Below, one piece after another: positions 15,425-21,993 of a DNA stretch of 21,993 nucleotides. Each line of letters starts with the position of its first letter. Positions within the stretch are counted from its first letter, which is position 1. Location of the stretch: positions 1 to 21,993 of the forward strand of contig BTVY01000072.1 of the NCBI GenBank assembly GCA_045863335.1. The letters run 5' to 3'. Source of the stretch: Candidatus Hydrogenedentota bacterium. Lineage in GTDB: Bacteria; Hydrogenedentota; Hydrogenedentia; Hydrogenedentales; SLHB01. The translations under genes were made by a program, and so were the position numbers. The notes below the pieces were generated by a model that saw only the letters and a list, made by a program, of their open reading frames with translations, did no database searches and was not told the DNA's origin.

Positions 15425-16495
15425 GTGATTCGACTTGGTGTGGTTGGTGGCGGCACGTATGGGGAAAGCCACTTGACTGTTTTCAAAGAGATGGAAGAAC
15501 AGGGGCGCGTGAAGCTGGTTGCGCTGGCGGACACCAATGCGGAGCGGCGGGCGGAACGGGCGAATCAGTTCGGCGTTGCGGTTTATGAGTCGCATGCGGA
15601 GATGCTGGAAAGAGAAACGCTCGACGGTGTGACGATTGCCACGCCGGATCATCTTCACCTTCAGGTTGCGATGGACGTGTTGTCGCGCGGTATCCATTGT
15701 TTTGTGGAGAAGCCGTTGGACGTGACAGTGGAAGGCTGTCGCGCGATGATCGACCAGGCGGCATCCAAAGCCGTGCTGCTTCAGGTGGACTTCCACAAGC
15801 GGTACGATCCCTACCACATGGAGATGCGGGAGGCGTTTCTCGAGGGCAAGTTCGGGAATGTCGAATACGGCTATGCCTGGATGGAAGACCAGATTTGGGT
15901 GCCGATGAAGATGCTGCGCGCGTGGTCGGAGAAGAGTTCGCCGGTCTGGTTTCTCGGGGTGCACATGTACGACCTCGTGCGGTGGATCATGAACAATCCG
16001 AGTCCGGTGAAGGTGTACGCCACGGGCGCGAAAAAGAAACTCGCGGGGCTTGGCATTGACACCTTCGATTCGGTGCAGGCTCACGTGGAATTCACGAACG
16101 GCGCCTGCATTACCTTTCAGAACTCCTGGATTCTGCCGGATGCGTTTGAGGCGGTGGTTCACCAGGGCGTGAAACTGGTCGGAACCGAGGGGATTTTCGA
16201 GTGCGATTCCCAGTATCGCGGAGGCCGGGGTTGTCTGCGCGACGAGAAGATGCGGACGTGGAACCTCGGCATCAAGTATCGCGAGCGGGACAAGAAGAAT
16301 CAGGTGCGGTGGCGGGGCTACTTCCGAGATTCCATCGCGGACTTTGCCGAGAACCTGCTGTTCATCGAGAAGGGCGGAACGATCGACGCGTTGGAGGGGT
16401 TGTACCCGTCGGGGCAGGATGGTCTCGCGATCACGCAGATTGCGTGCGCCGCGGAAGAGAGCATTCGCACCGGAGCGCCGGTGTTTATTTCGTAA
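15425..16495 (+). CDS. Gfo/Idh/MocA oxidoreductase (no signal peptide), 356 aa
   Basis: GVVGGGTYG, IATPDHLH, FVEKP, DFHKRYDP and GVHMYD motifs. Start re-assigned to GTG 15425 after the AAAGGAGA RBS. Confidence 0.92.
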   Translation: MIRLGVVGGGTYGESHLTVFKEMEEQGRVKLVALADTNAERRAERANQFGVAVYESHAEMLERETLDGVTIATPDHLHLQVAMDVLSRGIHCFVEKPLDVTVEGCRAMIDQAASKAVLLQVDFHKRYDPYHMEMREAFLEGKFGNVEYGYAWMEDQIWVPMKMLRAWSEKSSPVWFLGVHMYDLVRWIMNNPSPVKVYATGAKKKLAGLGIDTFDSVQAHVEFTNGACITFQNSWILPDAFEAVVHQGVKLVGTEGIFECDSQYRGGRGCLRDEKMRTWNLGIKYRERDKKNQVRWRGYFRDSIADFAENLLFIEKGGTIDALEGLYPSGQDGLAITQIACAAEESIRTGAPVFIS

Positions 16496-19400
16496 CGGCA
16501 GGTATCCCCTGCTTGTTGTTTTCTTCGAAGATCTCCTGGATCGTGTTCTCGGGATCGAGTACGACCTGGCTGTTCGCGGGGACGTTTGTCGTTTTGAACG
16601 TCACGTCCATACGTTGCGCTTGGAGTGCTGGATGGGGAGCATCGAGGGATTCGATCTGCGTTGTTTCGATTTCGGTACCGTCGTCTGCAATCAGAGCCAC
16701 GGCAATTGCCTCGGCGGGAGCGGCGCCGATGTTGTGAATTGTGGCGTGCACCGTGCCGTCGTTCGTCATACTCACGTCGTCCGGGCCGATGGCCAGATCG
16801 GGTAGTGCGTCGGGGACATCCACAGGCGACGTCTGTTCGAGTTGCAGCAGCCAATTCGTTTGCGGCGGCACGGTGACAGGCAGGGTCGCAAAGCGGGATA
16901 ACTGAAGCGAATCCTCCTGCGCCACAGCATCAATCTCGCCGTCGTCATTCTGATCTGGGCCTTGCGAAACTTTGTAGATACCCGAGGAAAGCCGCCACAC
17001 GCGCATGGTTGCCGCGACAGGCGTTTCCGCGAAGTTGTATAGGTTGACCACCAGCCGCTTGTCGTCGGCGTAACTCACGAGGCGCGCGAGGTCCACCGAC
17101 TCCACGTCCTCCCAACTCGCGGCGATCCCGATGGGGTACGGTTCCACACGACCCTGCACGCGTCCGCCCAAGGCGGCGTTGATCAATACGTCTCGTCCGA
17201 TGCCGCGTTGGTTGTCGGTATGGATCATGCCTTCCGTCAGGGCGAAGACGGCGGCCTGGTCCGTTTGCTGCACGGCGTGCATCATTTGGCGGGCGATGCC
17301 TTCCCGGTCGGCGATTGCGTGGGGCTCGGGTTTCGGCGTCAGGCCCCAATAGGCACGGAGATGCGTGAGCGAGTAGTCCATGATCTCCGCTTCGACCTGC
17401 TCGACGAGAGACGCCTCGTTCTTCTCGCGGTCCGCACGATCGCCGGTCAATGCGGCGAGGCCTTTCGACGCGCGTGCCGCGTTGGTTTGCCGGACCTTTT
17501 CCGTATAGCGCTCCGCCGTGCGCAGTTCGCGTTCCAGGACGCGGGGATCGCCGAGGGCGTAGGAAAGCATGAGGCCCCGGCTGCCAATGAAGTCCGTGAT
17601 GTGGAGGGGGTCGATGGGCCAGATGTCGCAGTAGCCATCGTAGAAAATGTGCATCGCTTCGAGGCCGTCGTAATAGCGCAACCACGAGGCGCGTGCTTCC
17701 TCTTCGCCCAGGAAGGGTATACCGGCGTAGCCCAGCGGGATGAAACAGTCGTCGTTGGAGCCGCCCCAAAACATACCGTCGTCCCGTTGTCGTGAAACGA
17801 TCCAATCGACGACCTGGCGATTCAGTTTGTAAAGTTCCCGCTCCCAGACCGCCCACGGAGGCGCGTTTGCCGGCGCGAGGATGGCCTGTGCATCACGCAC
17901 GTCGCCGTCGTCTTTGGCACCGGGCCATACGCGGTCGAGTACAAGTTCCTTGTAGATGGCTGCTACCGGATGGCGCGGGATATGGCGCAGGACGGCGAGG
18001 GGCGAATAGGCCATGTCGTAGGGGCCGCCGAAGTTGCTCCAGTTCTGGGTCGTCACCGTTTCGCCGGTGAAGCGCCAGGGCCGGTAGTTGTATTCCTTGA
18101 TGTATTGCGAACGGCCGGGGAGCATTTCGTGCTGCGCGTACTGAACGACGGACACCGCGCGGTCGGCGGACTGGATGACGGCCAACGCGGATGGCCGCGC
18201 CGCGTCTCCCATGATGAGCCTGCCACCGTATCGCCACATCAGTTCCACCCAGAGACGGTCTTCGCTGGCGAGCATGAGGTCGATGATGTCCAACGTCACG
18301 TTCACGGACTGCGGTGTCCTTGCATCGGGAAACTCGACTTTTACCCAGTTCTGGGCCCAAATGCGCGACGGATTTGCCGGATCGCGAAATCGGATACGCA
18401 GGTAATCGGTTTCACGCGCGGGCCTGACCAGGAGTTGAATCGTAACGGCGTCAACGGCCATATCCGTATGCAGGTCGGGTCCGAACAGATTCACAGAGCT
18501 TAGCGGGTGAATGGGCACGTCGCCCATCTTCGCCGCGTTGCCAACGGCGGGAACGATGGTGCGATCCCGGTGCGCAGTGAGCTTCTGGACGGCAGGCCCG
18601 TACCGGTCGAGGGAAACTGGCTCCGCGGACAGCGGCCATGTAATCCGCCGGTCGCCGGCTTGAGCGTAGGTGTCTGACAGTTTCGTTTCCCAGAGCGTCA
18701 TCTCGTGGATGCGCGTGGGGCCGCTGAGGGGAATGTGCGCGCTGCCTTCGAGGTCAGGGGGCGAGCCATAGCGTTTCGTCAGGGGGACGCGCAGCGCGTT
18801 AGAGTTGCCGAGATTGAGCGCCCGAGAAACGTGGAAGGGTTGCGCGTCACCCAGTGCGAAGATCTCGTTCGCGTCGTTGAGTTCATTCTCGTTCCCACTT
18901 TGGAGACTTAATTCATCGAGGACACCCTCAAAGGATACGAAGTCCGGTTTCTCGCCGGGTTCGAGCACGAGGTCGATCTTCGTGCCGTGAAAGTCGGCAT
19001 CGCCGAGGACGAAGGTAAACAGGCGATACGGGTGCGGCCACGCGAGTTCGTAGCGGCCGTCCAACAGCCACCACGCGGGGATTAACTCGTCGCTGCACGA
19101 CTTGATGAGACTCTGCCGGAGCACGAGGCCGGTCGACGCGGCATCGACGGTGGGTAACTCCTGCTCTGCGGGATCACCGTACTCGGCGAGCAAACGCGCT
19201 TGCGCGTCTTCGGGGAGCGGAACGGCTTCCATTACTGAGGGTTCCACGTCGTTGCGCGAATACAGCGATTCGATCTGCGCATCGGTCAGCGGCGCGTCGA
19301 AGAAAGCGATTTCGTCGTAGTAGGACTCGGGGAGAAAGGGACTGAACAAGCCCGGCTGGGTGGTCTGCCACCAGGCGTCGGTCCCCCACGTCGAACCGGC

Positions 19401-20051
19401 GAGTTTGCCGTTGTGATAGAGCTTCATGCCGTAGGCGTTGTCGTAGACGACGGCGATATGCTGCCACTCGCCGTTCTGCCAGGTGGGCGAGTCTGCGTCG
19501 ACGCGGTGGTAGCGGTAGGCGACATCGCGGATGTGCGCGGAGAAGCGGCCCTCCTTGTCAACCTCCACAGTAAGAAGATCGCGCTCTTTACGGCCCCAGG
19601 CGATACTGCCTTGCATGAAGACGATGCCGGGATGCAACGTATCACGCTTGACCCAGAAGGCGACGGTGCCCTGGTTGCCGTGAAAGGCGCCGGCGCCCCA
19701 GTAGTGCGGTTTCGTGTGCCATTCTCCCCAGATCACGGCGACGATGAGATCGCAGTCGAGCCCGGACTCGTTCCAGGTACCCTGGGAAACGGGCCAACCG
19801 TTCTTGATGTGGACGGCATTGCCGAAACGTCCCGGTTCGATGGCCAACTCGCGCTGGTCGAGGCTTGCGCGGCCGAGGGTTTTGTAGCGGTCGGCTTGCG
19901 AGACGAAATCGGAGAGGAGATCGGACTCGTTCTCAAAGCCGAGATGCCTTGTTGCGGTTTGAGTGAGTGCGGGAAGCGCAATTGCCAGCACGAAGAGCGC
20001 CGCAAGGAAAGTCAGCGGCATTGGGTAGAAGCGCGATGGTAGGCGAGACAT
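16485..20051 (-). CDS. Large secreted protein: LamG/ConA-like domain, unassigned core, C-terminal CARDB-like Ig domain, about 1188 aa
   Basis: Hydrophobic signal LTFLAALFVLAIALPALT. LamG pattern GTVAFWVK...WQHIAVVYD...KLYHNGK...YDEIAFFDAPLTDAQIESLY. CARDB pattern PDLAI...ATIHNIGAAPA...VVLDPENTIQEIFEENN. ATG 20051 chosen for RBS spacing, with 20057 as the alternative. Confidence 0.85.
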   Translation of the reverse strand: MSRLPSRFYPMPLTFLAALFVLAIALPALTQTATRHLGFENESDLLSDFVSQADRYKTLGRASLDQRELAIEPGRFGNAVHIKNGWPVSQGTWNESGLDCDLIVAVIWGEWHTKPHYWGAGAFHGNQGTVAFWVKRDTLHPGIVFMQGSIAWGRKERDLLTVEVDKEGRFSAHIRDVAYRYHRVDADSPTWQNGEWQHIAVVYDNAYGMKLYHNGKLAGSTWGTDAWWQTTQPGLFSPFLPESYYDEIAFFDAPLTDAQIESLYSRNDVEPSVMEAVPLPEDAQARLLAEYGDPAEQELPTVDAASTGLVLRQSLIKSCSDELIPAWWLLDGRYELAWPHPYRLFTFVLGDADFHGTKIDLVLEPGEKPDFVSFEGVLDELSLQSGNENELNDANEIFALGDAQPFHVSRALNLGNSNALRVPLTKRYGSPPDLEGSAHIPLSGPTRIHEMTLWETKLSDTYAQAGDRRITWPLSAEPVSLDRYGPAVQKLTAHRDRTIVPAVGNAAKMGDVPIHPLSSVNLFGPDLHTDMAVDAVTIQLLVRPARETDYLRIRFRDPANPSRIWAQNWVKVEFPDARTPQSVNVTLDIIDLMLASEDRLWVELMWRYGGRLIMGDAARPSALAVIQSADRAVSVVQYAQHEMLPGRSQYIKEYNYRPWRFTGETVTTQNWSNFGGPYDMAYSPLAVLRHIPRHPVAAIYKELVLDRVWPGAKDDGDVRDAQAILAPANAPPWAVWERELYKLNRQVVDWIVSRQRDDGMFWGGSNDDCFIPLGYAGIPFLGEEEARASWLRYYDGLEAMHIFYDGYCDIWPIDPLHITDFIGSRGLMLSYALGDPRVLERELRTAERYTEKVRQTNAARASKGLAALTGDRADREKNEASLVEQVEAEIMDYSLTHLRAYWGLTPKPEPHAIADREGIARQMMHAVQQTDQAAVFALTEGMIHTDNQRGIGRDVLINAALGGRVQGRVEPYPIGIAASWEDVESVDLARLVSYADDKRLVVNLYNFAETPVAATMRVWRLSSGIYKVSQGPDQNDDGEIDAVAQEDSLQLSRFATLPVTVPPQTNWLLQLEQTSPVDVPDALPDLAIGPDDVSMTNDGTVHATIHNIGAAPAEAIAVALIADDGTEIETTQIESLDAPHPALQAQRMDVTFKTTNVPANSQVVLDPENTIQEIFEENNKQGIPAVTK

Positions 20052-20096
20052 AAACATCCCCCCTTCTTAAGTCGATCATGCGCCAAGGGCGAAGAC

Positions 20097-20125
20097 ATCT
20101 TAGGCGGGGTGGAATGGCGAGTCAA
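20097..20125 (-). promoter_or_regulatory. sigma70-type promoter for the LamG/CARDB gene
   Basis: Minus strand TTGACT (20125-20120), 17-nt spacer, TAAGAT (20102-20097). Confidence 0.68.
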
Positions 20126-20150
20126 TCGTGGCGGGCGAATTGGCAGGCTC

Positions 20151-20179
20151 TTGACTTGATTACTGGCGATGCCGAGAAT
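20151..20179 (+). promoter_or_regulatory. sigma70-type promoter for PL10-like paralogue 2
   Basis: TTGACT (20151-20156), 17-nt spacer, GAGAAT (20174-20179). Back-to-back with the minus-strand promoter. Confidence 0.55.
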
Positions 20180-20190
20180 CGGTACGGCAT

Positions 20191-20247
20191 GTAGCGCAGG
20201 CGTCCTCGCCTGCATTGCCGGCAGAGCAGGCGGGACGCCTGCGCTAT
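20191..20247. repeat. REP doublet (REPIN-like), family C: GTAG-initiated REP plus inverted partner
   Basis: GTAGCGCAGGCGTCCTCGCCTGC (20191-20213) and GCAGGCGGGACGCCTGCGCTAT (20226-20247) are near-perfect reverse complements, each with an internal GCAGGCG...CGCCTGC hairpin. Confidence 0.85.
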
Positions 20248-20291
20248 ATAGACCACTTATGCGGGCGATGTTACCCGGGAAAGGTATTGGG

Positions 20292-21758
20292 ATGATTCGA
20301 ACTCGAATCTATGCCGGACTCTTCACGGTCGTGTTCGCCGCAGCGGTGCCGGCCGCTGCCGAACCGTCTCGCGAGGTGGCGCTGGATGCGATGTTTCGCG
20401 CGTCCGAATTCATGATGGACGAAGTTTCGTTTCGGGGCGGGTTTGTCGACAAGTATACGGAAGACCTCTCTGAACGTTGGGGAGAAGTTCCGGCGCGTAG
20501 GTCGATGATCTGGATCCAGGACCCGGGCACGGTGACGGTGGGCAGTTTCTTTCTCGACGCGTATCGGAGGACGGGCGAACCGGTTTTTCTCGAACACTGC
20601 AAGAGGGTCGCGAACGCAGTCGTTTATGGACAACTGCCCTGCGGCGGGTGGCATTACTTCTTCGACTTCGATCCGGAAGGGACGGAGCAGTGGTACGAGG
20701 GGGTGTTGTCGAAAGCTTGGGGGTGGGAGGAGTTTTACCATTGGTCCGGCAATGCGACTTTTGACGACGACACGACGGCCGGGGCGACGCGATTTCTATT
20801 GGACCTCTATACAACGACGCTGGACCCGGAATATAGGCCACCGTTGGAACGTGCGCTGAATTTCGTTTTGGAATCGCAGTATCCGCTGGGGGGCTGGCCG
20901 CAACGGTATCCTCTGAATTACGAGCACGGGGTCGAAGGACGTCCGGACTACACGTCGTACTACACCTTCAACGACAACGTGATCGCGGGGAACATCCAAT
21001 TGCTCCTCGATGCCTACGAGAAAATGGGCGACGCGCGGTACCACGATGCGGCATTGCGGGGGATGTTCTTCGTGCAACTTGCGCAATTGGGAACCCCGCA
21101 GGCGGGTTGGGCGCAGCAATACGCCATGGACCTGAAACCTGCGCAAGCCCGGAATTTTGAGCCGGCGTCATTGTCGCCGAGTGAGACCGTGGGTTGCATT
21201 CAGAATCTTATGCGTTACTACGGCTACACCGGCGACCGGCGGTTTCTGCGCGGCATCCCGGATGCCATCGAATGGCTGGACCGCGAGCGGCTGCCGAAGG
21301 GGCATTCCGAAAACCATACGCATGCGCAGTTTGTCGAAGCGGGCACGGGCAAGCCGCTCTACGCGCACCGGGAAGGCACGGACATCGACCACGGGCGCTA
21401 TTGGGTGGACTACGAGCCGAAGGACTTCCCGGGGCATTACGGGATGCAGACCAACATCGACGTGGACGCGTTGCGCAAGGAGTATGAGCGTGTAAACGCG
21501 TTGTCGCCGGAGGAGGCGATGACGGAGTATCGCGAAGCCAAGAATTCGGCGAGTCTGTGGCCGGATGTTTCTACAGAGGCCGTAGAAGAAGTGATTGCGC
21601 GCATGGACGAACGGGGCGCGTGGGTCGAGGATCTCGAAGTCGTGGACTACACGGACTGGAAGTTCAAACCGCGCCGCGCGTTCCGCGGGATCAGCACGCG
21701 GACCTTCGTGCGCAACATGGAAACGCTGCTGGCGTACGTGGCGCCGTTCAGCGAATAA
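20292..21758 (+). CDS. Secreted pectate-lyase-like protein, PL10-related, paralogue 2, 488 aa
   Basis: ATFDD, SQYPLGGWPQRYP, YTFNDNVI and QAGWAQQYAMDLKPAQARNFE motifs. Signal MIRTRIYAGLFTVVFAAAVPAAA. Collinear with 12773-14281. Start re-assigned to ATG 20292 after GGAAAGG. Confidence 0.82.
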   Translation: MIRTRIYAGLFTVVFAAAVPAAAEPSREVALDAMFRASEFMMDEVSFRGGFVDKYTEDLSERWGEVPARRSMIWIQDPGTVTVGSFFLDAYRRTGEPVFLEHCKRVANAVVYGQLPCGGWHYFFDFDPEGTEQWYEGVLSKAWGWEEFYHWSGNATFDDDTTAGATRFLLDLYTTTLDPEYRPPLERALNFVLESQYPLGGWPQRYPLNYEHGVEGRPDYTSYYTFNDNVIAGNIQLLLDAYEKMGDARYHDAALRGMFFVQLAQLGTPQAGWAQQYAMDLKPAQARNFEPASLSPSETVGCIQNLMRYYGYTGDRRFLRGIPDAIEWLDRERLPKGHSENHTHAQFVEAGTGKPLYAHREGTDIDHGRYWVDYEPKDFPGHYGMQTNIDVDALRKEYERVNALSPEEAMTEYREAKNSASLWPDVSTEAVEEVIARMDERGAWVEDLEVVDYTDWKFKPRRAFRGISTRTFVRNMETLLAYVAPFSE

Positions 21759-21797
21759 GACATGCGAGCGCGACACGGAGCGTTACTTTAGCCCGAA

Positions 21798-21944
21798 GAA
21801 CATCCCCCTTGAATCCCCCTTCGAAGGGGGAATTTCGCGCATCATCGCCCGACGTAATTACACGGCGATTGGCTCCGAAATTAGATATCGAACAGCCACG
21901 TGCCGCAACGCAAAGCGTTGCGGCTAATTCCCCCTTCGAAGGGG
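21798..21944. repeat. Dispersed repeat family A, copy 3 (21798-21834) with an inverted partial copy (21926-21944) and an internal 10-bp hairpin (21902-21924)
   Basis: CCCCTTCGAAGGGGGAATT (21816-21834) and AATTCCCCCTTCGAAGGGG (21926-21944) are exact 19-bp reverse complements. GCCGCAACGC-AAA-GCGTTGCGGC is a perfect stem-loop. Confidence 0.85.
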
Positions 21945-21993
21945 TGCAGTTCTGACAATACCGGTCATGCACTCCGAAAACGGCAATACAGTT

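Noticed and set aside
15032-17856. ORFs 15032..16162 (-) and 16945..17856 (-)
   Set aside because: Antisense or alternative-frame shadows of genes with clear family motifs.
20053-20066. AACATCCCCC resembling the start of repeat family A
   Set aside because: Only about 10 nt match, there is no hairpin half, and it is explained as the reverse complement of the RBS/ATG region of the LamG-CARDB gene.
21902-21924. Intrinsic terminator call for the 10-bp hairpin
   Set aside because: No U-tract on either strand, and it lies inside the repeat unit about 140 nt from the stop codon.

Overview
GC-rich bacterial DNA with 13 confidently supported protein-coding genes, plus a possible gene tail at the left edge. 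Almost all point to carbohydrate scavenging or modification. Left half: a Tat/lipoprotein-signalled DegT/StrS-type PLP aminotransferase, a YhcH/YjgK/YiaL protein, a secreted 7-bladed lactonase, a HAMP-PP2C (SpoIIE-type) phosphatase, a Tat-signalled Gfo/Idh/MocA oxidoreductase, and a sodium:solute symporter coupled to an FAD-dependent oxidoreductase. Right half: a secreted transglutaminase-like protein, two divergent PL10 (pectate-lyase-like) paralogues, two tandem cytoplasmic Gfo/Idh/MocA paralogues, and a 1188-aa secreted LamG + unknown core + CARDB protein. The gene style resembles Hydrogenedentota/Planctomycetota (inference only). Intergenic regions hold three distinct families of REP-like palindromes and four near-consensus sigma70 promoters. 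The best candidates for undescribed biology are (i) an exported redox/transamination sugar-processing set, (ii) a twice-repeated divergent module pairing a large uncharacterised secreted enzyme with an atypical PL10-like lyase, and (iii) a 36-nt repeat that sits at gene 3' ends and in one case supplies the stop codon. No rRNA, tRNA, CRISPR array or transposase was recognised. All family calls come from motif recognition by eye, not database searches.
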